Program-made: the position numbers and the translations under genes
DNA from: Octopus sinensis
Lineage: Eukaryota
Direction of reading: 5' to 3'
NCBI RefSeq assembly: GCF_006345805.1
Contig: NC_043001.1
Coordinates: 114,204,001-114,268,000 of the forward strand
Length of the DNA stretch: 64,000 nucleotides
Notes under the pieces: model-generated
The model's database searches: none
Told to the model about the DNA's origin: nothing
What the model saw: only the letters and a program-made list of their open reading frames with translations
Shown here: positions 13,348-24,670 of the stretch, one piece after another
How the letters are laid out: each line of letters opens with the position of its first letter
How positions within the stretch are numbered: the stretch's first letter is position 1

Positions 13348-13979
13348 AATGATACCTTACACCAATATATTTTGTAGCATCTTTATGCACGCCTTTCTGT
13401 TTTGTTTTTTTTTTTTTTGGCGTCGCGATTCTTTTTTTGCGTATTCCTTATAAGTTTCACTGACGCCATTCATGTGCCTGCCTGTCTATGAGTTTTTATG
13501 TCTCACGTCTCTCTCTCTCTCTTTCTCACTTATATACACGCGCGTACACACACGTACACACACACACACACAAACACAAGCGCGCATGCACACACAAACA
13601 CACGCAGACATTCCCACACATATTTACATTGACATCTTTTCATATTCATACGTCCCCCTCCCCATTCTGCTTTGTATTTGTCATCTTCTTTTATGACTCA
13701 TTCGTAAATTTGATCGTCAAATTGTCAGACAGATGGCTGTTTCAATTTTATCTTGCTTTTTCCGATCACAGGAACTGTTCAACATCAACCAAAGAAATAA
13801 GTTTGAAGAGGGTCAGCATACTTCACTATTAATTATAGTTTCCAAATCCTATATAAAAAACTCTTACTGATCTAAAACTAGAGCTACACTGCAGCCAAAA
13901 ATTCCATGTTTACGGGATTATTTGTAGTTATGATATAAATCCAACTGCATTCACTATTGTCTATCTCATCCCAAATATA

Positions 13980-14036
<57 letters not shown>

Positions 14037-14672
14037 TATATATAATTTGGTTCTGGTGTTCGCTGAATTTTTCCTCTAGAGAATTTCCTTGTAGTTTGAT
14101 CGTTGATGATCTGTTTCTAGAATACCGCCGACTTCCTAGCAGTCCAGCCCTGCCAATATACACATATATTAGAATTTTCTCTGACTTCTCAGATTTTTTG
14201 TATGCTGGACTACTGGTTTTAAATTGATATTAAAATTAATATTAATTTATCTCCCTCAATATTTATATATATATATATATATATATATTGCCAACGTACG
14301 GTAATCACCGGTTTTCGATGAGGAAAGACCTGTTTGCGAATATCTATTTAATGTTTTTCCCAGTAACCAATGTCACTTTCACCTCGAAACTGCAGTCCGT
14401 GCGTATCACTTAGATTTACGAGAGAGGGTGACCTCCCTTTGCAAATATCATAAGGGCACAGAAAGCGTGCCTAAAGCCAGCTGGAGACGATGACTTCCTG
14501 GGGCTAAAAGCTACAGTAACACCCACCCTTAGTGGTTAGCCATATTTAGATGGCTAGTATACTTTACGTTGTCGAGCGGTTACTGTTTACATCTCGTTCA
14601 GAGATTTATTATTGCTTATATATATATATATATGTGTGTGTATGTATGTATGTATGTATGCATGTATATACA

Positions 14673-14746
<74 letters not shown>

Positions 14747-15329
14747 CACACACACGCACACATATATATATTTGCATACATATATCCAAACACACAAACG
14801 CAAACACACATATACTGATGAGACACTGATGTTGCAAACAGCAAACAAGCTTATTAAGTATTAGTTATTAGTGATGGAAGTAGAATTAATACCAAAGTAA
14901 TCTTTATATACAACTTAATAAGGATATCTTCTTAGAACACCGAATTTTGCATTATTAACCTTTAGCGATCTTGTCATATGGGCGCTTGGTACATAAAGAC
15001 ACACACATAGATCTTGGTAGATATAAATTGTTTGAGGCAAGAGCCCGACTTCTCATATCACATAATTTCATTCTGCTAGAAAAGATGCTGGTGCTCTATA
15101 TACCTTAGCAGCTAGAGTTGAATCAAATGGGGTAACCAGATGCTTGACACTGATTATTTCCAGTAGAATGAGATCCTGGCTCCCATGGCAGACGATTTTC
15201 CTCTGCGCTTACATTAGTGGATGATATCTAAATACTAATAACGCAATATTCGTTGCTCTAACAAGGCGAACAAGTTATGGTACATATATATATCTGTAGG
15301 CTTGTGTGTGGCAGGGATTAAGTTTACCA

Positions 15330-16400
15330 ATGGTTTCATATTAAGAAAGCCATTCACAATTATCAATCCTCTCACATGGGACAACTCTGTTGGGCTTCAT
15401 TTACATGAAACCAATGGTATCCTTAATCCACAAATGAAGAATCTTTTATCTATCAATGCGGTGTCGAGAACTCCTTCAACATGTTCGAAATATGGAACTA
15501 ATTTCTAATACGAACCCCGAAACAATAGACTTTCCTTCGACTCAATATCAATCCATTAACCCACAAAAAGAGCTTTCTACACATCGCACTCGACAACCAC
15601 ACTGGCCACCTCGAACATATAATAACTATAAGCCACCCTATCTAAATCAACCCACTATAACTGCGCATTATAAACATACTAAGGGCCTGAGGCGGGAGAT
15701 TCTATGATTCGCACCACTTTTCTCCCTCCAAGTTAAATCTCTACCTAAACTTTTCTTTAAAATCCTAAATTCTAACTTCCCACCGTAGCATAAATACCTC
15801 CCTATCTTTAATAAAGCATCAGTTAAAATCTCCTACTGTACTACACCTAATTTGGGATCCATAATCGCCTCCTCAGGAAGAGGCAAGCTACAACGCCAGT
15901 CCGTGGAACCAGGAATTTTTCACACTGTACCCAAAATCAACCTACATAGTAGCAATAATACAGCATTCAGTATAGCAGCTCGACTAAATAATAACAGATT
16001 GAAGGCATATTTAACAACAATACACATTTGATGACATATACTAGCGTATATATTTTTCTGCATATAAATGTAGTCTACAAGTGCCATGTTATAACACCAC
16101 GCTCCCAACTAGCAAGGGTCATTATCGGCGGCTCTGTTGATCTCAAGTGCCGCTACCGTGCATGCATGAACTCTTTCCCCAATCCAAATAATATATTATT
16201 TACCTCCTTAACAACTTATATACACAACCTCAAATCTCAAAATGTCCTCTATACCCTATTCTGGTCCATCGTACAACGTAAACATCGCTATGTGTAAATC
16301 ATGTTTAAAAGAATCACTAACCATCCTTCGCCACCATCCATACAGCCGCATATTGTGACGAACTAAATCTACCAGCATTATTATGGATTCTCGATCCCCC
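15330..16400 (+). pseudogene. Penelope-like element relic: RT thumb, linker and GIY-YIG endonuclease (Naiad-like motifs)
   Basis: GLRREIL*FAPLFSLQVKSLPKLFFKILNSNFPP*HKYLPIFNKASVKISYCTTPNLGSII resembles RKIIWFNPPFS...KHFP...IFN..TVKISYSC.PN. ORF 16028-16297 (NVVYKCHV...IIGGSVDLKCRY...MNSF...YIHNLK...WSI) is GIY-YIG-like and is followed by CKSCLKE. Several stops and frameshifts. Confidence 0.8.
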
Positions 16401-16568
16401 AGAAACCCTTGCTGGACGACTATAACACTTTTCTTCCGCCCTTCAATTATCGTTGTTGTTTCTATTATTTGTAAGTTGAACCTACTAATATAAATATCTA
16501 TATATTTATACATAGAAATTCACCATCTGAATGTTACCCCATTTTGGTTTTTCTCGTTTTGTGCCAGT

Positions 16569-16571
16569 GTG

Positions 16572-16635
<64 letters not shown>

Positions 16636-16636
16636 T
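16569..16636. repeat. (GCGT)n microsatellite
   Basis: Direct reading. Confidence 0.95.
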
Positions 16637-16667
16637 GTGTGCGTGCGTGTGTCGTGGGTGGTTACGA

Positions 16668-16867
16668 GCATATGTATTCCGTTGCTGAAATACTATGAGG
16701 ATGTTTTTCAAAAAGGAAGACTAGGTAAATTATACTTTGATTTCTTAAAGATTCATGAAAGCAAATTGACAGAAAGAAAGACAAATATATGTAATTGAAA
16801 GAAAGCTTGATAATGTCAATAATATGACACCATGATGAAATACGAATATAATCGACAGAATATTTAA
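16668..16867 (+). repeat. ~200 bp direct repeat, copy 1 (copy 2 at 18362-18562)
   Basis: gcatatgtattccgttgctgaaatactatgaggat...atcgacagaatatttaa recurs about 1.69 kb downstream at roughly 90% identity by eye. Confidence 0.9.
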
Positions 16868-17043
16868 TATATTTGATGTGTCTAATTTGTCTATTCGCAT
16901 AATTGCCTCCACATACCCGCTCATTGTGATCCCTCTTATAGCCTTTCTTTACCTTGTGGAAGGATCCCCTGTAAAGACATCGGGGTCTAAGTTTCTTCTG
17001 TACGGAGATTGCCTGGATCTTATCTGTGAACTAAATATATTCT

Positions 17044-17270
17044 TTACTTTACTTGTTTCAGTCATTTGACTGCTGCCATGCTGGAGCACCACCTTTAATC
17101 GAGCAACTCGACCCCAGGACTTATTCTTTGTAAGCCCAGTACTTATTCTATCGGTCTCTTTTTGCCGAACCGCTAAGTGACGGGGACATAAACACACCAG
17201 CATCGGTTGTCAAGCAATGCTAGGGCGACAAAACAGACACACAAACACACACACATACATATATATATAT
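17044..17270 (-). mobile_element. SINE family A, 3' half
   Basis: Close match to 7763-7990. Confidence 0.85.
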
Positions 17271-18361
17271 GTATGTATATATATATCATCATCATCATCA
17301 TCATCATCATCATCGTAGTCATCATCATCATATTCATCATCATCATCATACTCATCCGTCATAATCAACTATTTATCCAACTTATGATTTATTATCCATT
17401 CTAATTTTTTGCCCTCATAATTTATTGTGTTCTGCATGCGTATCCATCTTATATGCCTACTGTACAGTTTTCTAGAAGTGTGTCGCTTTAAGAAAAGTAG
17501 TAATATACACAGATGTCTATTCAGGTATCATATGGTACCAAAGGTCACAAATAAGACTGAACCGCAGAATATCTTCTGGCCTTCATTTACTTTTTAAAAC
17601 TACCAAGCAAAAATATTAATTAAACATCTGTGCTGTAGCATGGTCTTGTCCGTGGCGACTAAAGAACATCATAGATCTCAAGAACTATCAACGAGCAAGA
17701 AAATATTAAAATACTAACATAACTATTCACTAGAAATTTTGCTCTGTCTACATTGCTTACATAAAGCAATTTGATTTAATAACAGCAAACAAAAAACAGC
17801 AAAGAAAAACAGAAAATATATATAGTTATTTATATATTCATTTATTTACTGCAAGTTCTGGAAGCGGAAAATTGCAAAATTTGTAAACTACAGAGAGATA
17901 ATCGATTGCTGTAAATGGGATAATAGTGAAGCCATTGATCTAGTTGAACTAGCAAATTTGAAGAAACAGAGGAACAAAACAAAAGCATTAAATAAACATA
18001 GAAAGATCACAAACATAAAAAAAATAATTACAAAAGAAACGGAGAATATCAAAGGAGAAGAAAAAGAGTTAGAATGGATATTGTCGGTCAAATATGAACG
18101 TAAAAGCAACCGTTTATTAGAATAAGAATGAGTTAAGAAATCGATATATTAGGAAATATGTAAATAAAAGCTAGAATGGTAAAGCGCAGAAAAGCTAATG
18201 AAACATAAATACATATACATGTATACACACACCCATATACATTTATACATAAGACATATATGCCTACATATTTATACTTATATATACTTGTATATATTTG
18301 TACTTGTTTGTGTGTGTGTGTGTGTGTGTGTGCGTTCGCGTGTGTATATGGGGGTGTACGT

Positions 18362-18562
18362 GCATATGTATTCCGTTGCTGAAATACTATGAGGATATTT
18401 TTCGAAAAAGAAGACTAGGCAAATTATATTTTGATTTCTTAAAGATTTATGAAAGCAAATTGACAGAAACAAAGACAAATATATGTAAATGAAAGAGCGC
18501 TTGATAATGTCAATAATGTGATGCCATGTTGAAATACGGAATATAATCGACGGAATGTTTAA
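18362..18562 (+). repeat. ~200 bp direct repeat, copy 2
   Basis: See 16668-16867. Confidence 0.9.
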
Positions 18563-19379
18563 GGAAAAACATTTCTTGAAATTAATAAAAGGAAAATACG
18601 TAAAATCCTAAAATAATTCCGGCAAAACTAATAAGCATACACACGTACATACATGCATACATACATATCTACATACACACATATATATCTACATACATAC
18701 ATAAATATATATATACATACATACATATAAATATATACGTATGTATATATGCATATATATATGTGGTTGTGTATTTATATATATATTCATATTTCTATGA
18801 ACACAAACTTATACATGCATAAATATAATTATATATACGCACATATATATATGCATATATATGTATAAATATATATATATATATATAGCCATATATATAT
18901 ATAACCATTTATATATACATATAGTTATATACATGCAAACACACACATATATATATATATACATATGTATATATGTATACACACATATACACGTATATAT
19001 TCATACAAACATACTCACACGCATAAGCATATTCATAAGCATACATCTACACTGGCACACGTACACACACAAGCATATATGTTAATATTTAAGGGTGCAA
19101 ATATTATTACAGTATTTTGTCATTCGGGTAATATACGAATAACTCAATAATATAGAGGAAAAAAGAAATAATATAATCACTAGATTTCGATAAGGAAATA
19201 GCCATTTAATTTAGGAATATCTATTTAGATTAGATGCAAAGATGAATAAAATATATCAGCTTCGGATAATACTGGAAATATTGGCATTGAAAACAGAGCT
19301 ACGAAAATATAGCTTGATCATCAAATTTCAAATCTCTTCCCTCTTTCACTCTGTCAATATGCATAAACATATATATATA

Positions 19380-19496
19380 TATCAAGAAAAAGCAACAAAA
19401 CGAGGACATGGTACACTTACTGTGTTATTGAACGCCCAGGAAAGGAAAGAAAAGAAAGAGGATTTTACGTTTCGAGCGGAGCTCTTCATCAGAAGA
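19380..19496 (-). mobile_element. Truncated copy of the hammerhead-bearing repeat
   Basis: Near identical to 19900-20018; bounded by (TA)n on both sides; ends a few nt beyond the CTGATGA core. Confidence 0.8.
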
Positions 19497-19669
19497 TATA
19501 TATATATATATGCATATGTATATATGTATATATATATGAGCATGCTTATAAACATACATCTACACTGGCACACGTACAGACACAAGCATATATGTTAATA
19601 TTTAAGGGTGCAAATATTATTAAAGTATAGATACATACATACATATATATATATATATGCATATATACG

Positions 19670-19700
<31 letters not shown>

Positions 19701-19884
19701 GCGTGTGAAGATATGTGTGTGAGTATGTATGTGTGAATATATACGTATATATGTGTGTGTATACGAAACGACCGTAGTGGCTATTTTAATTAAATTTAAT
19801 TATATAAATTATTTTATGTATTGACTTAAGTCTTTCTTTGTTTGATTTGCATAATTTAATATAATATATATATATATATATATG

Positions 19885-20090
19885 GTCAATGCAAACAAGA
19901 ACAATCAAGAAAAAACAACAAAACGAGGACATGATATACTTACTGTGTTATTGAACGCCCAGGAAAGGAAAGAAAAAAAAGAGGATTTTACGTTTCGAGC
20001 GGAGCTCTTCATCAGAAATATAGAAAAAATCCAAAGAAGGGAAGACTGAGAAAGAAAATCGCCAACGATTCACACGCGGTCAAACACATA
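19885..20090 (-). mobile_element. Hammerhead-bearing repeat (putative PLE pseudo-LTR)
   Basis: Three copies in the window (12.3, 19.4, 19.9 kb); the minus-strand 3' end runs into (TA)n. Confidence 0.75.
19985..20019 (-). ncRNA. Minimal type-I hammerhead ribozyme motif
   Basis: Minus strand AUUU-CUGAUGA-A-GAGC-UCC-GCUC-GAAAC-GUA-AAAU: complete core, 4-bp stem II, loopless palindromic ACGU helix III, GUA triplet, 4-bp stem I. Confidence 0.7.
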
Positions 20091-20098
20091 CACGCATT

Positions 20099-20130
20099 AG
20101 GTCATCCCATAAATAATGCGGTGTTTTCGA
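20099..20130 (+). mobile_element. Isolated mariner-like TIR fragment
   Basis: ttaggtcatcccataaataatgcggt resembles mariner TIRs of the TTAGGT...TAATTGCGG type; no partner TIR seen. Confidence 0.35.
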
Positions 20131-20367
20131 TTGCATGAAGTATTAGTAGGAGAGGGACAGGATTAACTTCCTGAATCGACTTGCTATAAAAGCAAGTAGT
20201 AATTTTACCTTTCGATGTTCTTAGTGCAAGTTTGGGAGAGTGCAGTTCTATTTTAACGGCTATTTATTCAGATTTATAATGGAAGAAACAGATAGGCATA
20301 TTCGGCATATTTTGTTTTATGAGTTCAATAATGGCAACAAGGCAATGGAGTGCGAGAAATTTTAATG

Positions 20368-20400
<33 letters not shown>

Positions 20401-20731
20401 TCCACTCTACAACCGAAAGATGAATAATTATCTCCCCTGCCCACAATATTAGCAGTACCCAATTACTTCCCCTTAGATTTTACTACTTGCTGGATTCGTT
20501 CCCTCATAAACTCCACACACAACAGGGAAAAACATTCGTCTTAAGAAAGCACGTATTTAAATAAATTTTAATGTAATGAATAGCAAAAGCGAAAGCGGTC
20601 GACAAATGCAATACAAAATATATTAGAAATTTATAATAAAACTATATAAAGTATGTGCATTTTCCATCTTTAATTTCTTATATACTTTACAACTCACCAC
20701 GTGGAGATAATCGAAATTCAACCCTTTCTGT

Positions 20732-20774
<43 letters not shown>

Positions 20775-20810
20775 TATATATATATACGTATGTATATGTA
20801 TATTTACACG

Positions 20811-20848
<38 letters not shown>

Positions 20849-21149
20849 GATCAATAAATGGTGGGGTTGTGTTGACCGCACGTGGAGAAATGATAAGTAA
20901 GGACAAATTTTTTAAAAATGCAGAATGCTCAAATGAAAGAAAATTTTAATAAAATGAGAAATGATAAAATATATAATATATATTTATTCAACCGGTTTTC
21001 GTCATTGTATGACTTGTCAAGAATATTTATGTTTTAAGAAGTTATTTTAAAAATTAGAAAGGGGAAAAAAAGAAAATTGCATTGTTTTTTGTAAAAGAAT
21101 AATGATAAAATGTACAAAAATTAAAAAATAAGTTCTCCGATACATTGTG

Positions 21150-22095
21150 AGTTCGTTGTGTATCTTGAGTTTTATGGTTGTTTACCAAAAAATTACCTTG
21201 AGGTGTTAAGATCCAAAGGGATTAAGAGCATGTGATGTGTTGTGTTGTTAAATTCAGCATGTTGCAGGACAGGAAGTAGTAGTAATTGTGGTCCTGGTTC
21301 TTATATATATATATATATACATACATATATATATATATGCATATATGTATGTAGTTAAAATTTTGCTGATGGCAAGTGTAGGAAATCTTACGTTAGACAT
21401 GTGAATGAGTATTGACCTCTTCTCAACGATATACGAAATCATGTCACGGACAGATATGTGCTGTGGACTTTTTAGGAGAGACGATTTTCGAATGTGTTGC
21501 TAAGGCAATTTTTTAACGATCATTTCGATAACGTTTGCCATGCTGGAAGTGAGAGCATGCAGTATGTCGAGATTTGGCAGGGTCAAAATATCTGCCACAA
21601 TTGGGAATATGTAACTTTAAGTAGATAACATTTTCAACGATTTAACCTTTGTTGTATATGGATAGGTTTGCTTGTAAGTGTGTTTGTGTGAATGCACCAT
21701 TTCAAATTGTACTTTGATTTCTCTACGGTAAAACATCTTTTCAATCTTTCAAGCAGCCTGTCATCATTGATGTGGCGTTAGAAAATGTATCCAGTAACCT
21801 GAGAGATTTACCTTATGAATTACTTCGAGTTTTCTCCAAAGAATAAGAAGCTGTATTTATGTAGAGATTTTTATCTGCAAAAGGCAGACATTCTAGATAG
21901 TAATTGATTTTGGATTGAAGGATACTTTGTGGGGAAATAGAAATTGACTGCAGGCACCTCCGATGAAAAATAGAAGAGCTTTCGAACTATCGATAATCTA
22001 TTCGTGTATTTTCATGAAAACTTTCGAAGTGGTGTTTCATGATTGAAACGTTTATGATATTTAATTCCAGGTAAAACTGGGGTCATCCACGTATA
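21150..22095 (-). pseudogene. Ty3/gypsy RT to RNase H relic, highly degenerate
   Basis: Minus frames give RCLQSISISPQSILQSKINYYLECLPF...LEKLEVIHKVNLSG, KMFYRREIK, YLKLHIPNCGRYFDP and PVLQHAEFNN in the order expected for gypsy pol; many stops, interrupted by (TA)n at 21300. Confidence 0.5.
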
Positions 22096-23080
22096 TTCAC
22101 CTGTTTGTTAAGAAAACATATCTGTGAAATGTAATTGATTTAATGCCTCTCGCACATAACAGTTCAATCTATGCTTCTGTGTAGGATAATGTAAACAAAA
22201 CATAACCTTCTGATCTATGGGTATTGGAACCACTACTACTCTACAAATTCTCGCCTCAGTATAATTCTGAATTAATATGGTTTACTGAATAAACTCATCT
22301 AGAGTAGCCTTCAACCAACAAGCGAGCCGTCTTATGTTCATTTTCGTGCTATAAATACCAGGCAAATATTCAGTAAATCACTCATTACCGTTTTAATTAA
22401 GGGAAGACCGTATTAGATAATGTATTCCTACATTCAACTATCGCGAAATGATATTCACTGGGCTACAAACGTTCAATCGATTTATATGGATATAAACAGC
22501 AAGTGCAACAACAACAACAATCTTATAGGTTTCGGCCAGAACATTGCCTAAGGAGTTTCAGTTCATCTGCCTTGCATAAAAGAATGTATAATGCATAACC
22601 TACGTCCGTTTCATTTTCAGATTAACAAATGCAAAACATCAAATTCTATATCCGACATATTGTTAGTGGGTAGGCAGAAACTAGTAAAATACATTCTGGC
22701 CAGCCAGTACGATAAGCACAAATAACAGTCAATTGAATTTTCTTTACATTCCTTCGGAAGAAAAAAAGGGAGATTTATCTTTGTTTCGGAAATAGCAGAT
22801 TACTAATATCTAAGAAAACCACACTATTATTTATCTAAAAGGTAATGTCTTTGATTTTATCACAATCACAATTGCTTAGCCCTTTTGGCAGGAGGTCAGT
22901 AATTTTGTGGGTACGAGTAAATTGTACTTATTTTCTGGACTCAGAAAAGATGGAAGGCTAAGTTGACCTTGGCGCAATTTGAAAACAGAGGGCCAAAACT
23001 TACGAAATGCTGCTAAGCATTTTGCCCGGTCCTGTTGTGATAAGGATTCTGCCTTAAATGCAATAGTAAATATTGCAAAT

Positions 23081-23566
23081 GTGGAGGCGCAATGGCCCAG
23101 TGGTTAGGGCAGCGGACTTGAGGTCGTAGGTCCGCGGTTTCAATTCCCAGAGCGATTCCAAAAGTAGAAGGATCTCAGGCTCCGGCTGGGGGTGGTGGTG
23201 AAACCTGCTGTACTCTTTCACCATAACTTTCTCTCACTCTTACTTCCTGTTTGTGTTGTACCTGTATTTCAAAGGGGCCAGCCTTGTCAAACATTATTTC
23301 ACGCTGAATCGCCCCGAGAACTACGTTATGGGCACACGTGTCTGTGGAGTGCTCAGCCACTTGCACGTTAATAAATGAGCTGCGACGTCACTGATGCCTA
23401 GCTGTATCGGCCTTTGCTTTTCCCTTGGAGAACATAGGTGGCATAAAAGGGCGGCTGGTATGCATGTGTGACTGCTGGTCTTCCATAAACAACCTTGTCC
23501 AGATTTGTGCCTCGGAGGGTAACTTTCTAGGTGCAATCCCATGGTCAATCATGACTTAAGGGGGTC
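23081..23566 (+). mobile_element. Chimeric SINE (family C 5' part fused to family D 3' part) with 13-bp TSD
   Basis: 23081-23372 matches the 11475 copy, 23373-23566 matches the family D tail; aaatattgcaaat at 23068-23080 and 23577-23589. Confidence 0.85.
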
Positions 23567-23624
23567 ACAGCAACACAAATATTGCAAATTTATCATAGAT
23601 GTATTTCTACACAGCTAATCACAT

Positions 23625-23880
23625 GTTGCAGTTCGATGAAGAAGCATATTTTTCTTTCGTTCTTCGCAGGTATGGTGTTCGCAATGAGTATAAAGTCCAT
23701 ACTATTCTGGGAGTTGAATGCTGGACTGATCATCGGCTTGCTGTGCAAAAGTGATGTTTGTTATAAAACTGAAAATAGCAACCAATGGCGTAGCCATGCC
23801 AAAGAAATTGAATGTGACTCCTCCGAAGGAAGATGCAATAAAGGGTTCGTTGATGAAGTGAACGAACATGTTTAAACATG
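23625..23880 (+). pseudogene. RTE-clade LINE relic (end of AP endonuclease)
   Basis: YFSFVLRRYGVRNEYKVHTILGVECWTDHRLAVQK followed by PKKLNV resembles the RTE motif GAECWTDHRL...PKRLNV. Confidence 0.65.
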
Positions 23881-23932
23881 TATTACTTTCGTGAGGAGAA
23901 TTTAGCTCATCAATGTATTCACTACCACCCTG

Positions 23933-24085
<153 letters not shown>

Positions 24086-24319
24086 CAAACAGCTAAACGA
24101 TGTCAGTGGTAAAATCGCTACTGAGAGGATGATTTATATTCTCACCCACAAACCATGCACAATGACAAGAGATATACAGAATTAAACAAACATTAATAAA
24201 TGGATATTCTAACAGACTATTAATCAGAGAAATAGAAGAATGCAGACACAAACATAATATAAAATGTACGGCACAGAATACATCAAATATAAATACGCAC
24301 ACCACACATGATATAATTA

Positions 24320-24670
24320 CATGAACCAAACGCACTCAAATAATCGAACAAATAAACATATAATACAATTCACCGTAAAATGCAACTCAAAATGCATCAC
24401 ACCCATCCTTAAGCTTAAGATAATACAATACAGTATACAGACAAACACTAAAAATCTCCTAATGAATGGCACTCCAAAAACATGGGTAGTGAAGTGCAAA
24501 CTGCGGATGACCTATGCGATATATAAATTTGAATGTAAAACGGGAAGTTGCAAACTACAAGACACTGACTGTTACCTTTGGACAAACCAGTACGTGTAGG
24601 CTCACCGTGTACTTGCAACAAGGAGCTAATGCACATCATTACACCACATAAGTGAAACCATATTTAAATA
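24320..24670 (+). pseudogene. Penelope-like GIY-YIG endonuclease relic
   Basis: LKLKIIQYSIQTNTKNLLMN...AIYKFECKTGSC then, after a frameshift, GQTSTCRLTVYLQQGANAHH, resembling VY.F.C...YIGQT...RRLT.HLQ.GAI..H. Confidence 0.6.

Noticed and set aside
14813-14845. CTGATGAG acactgatgtt gcaaac hammerhead-like string
   Set aside because: GAAA broken and no helix III or cleavage triplet.
15705-15707. In-frame TGA in the PLE relic as possible selenocysteine
   Set aside because: It occupies the conserved Trp of IIWF (TGG to TGA), not a Cys position, in a copy with other stops.
24573-24622. Minus-strand exon that phase-linked other candidates
   Set aside because: Antisense of a Penelope GIY-YIG relic; poor acceptor.
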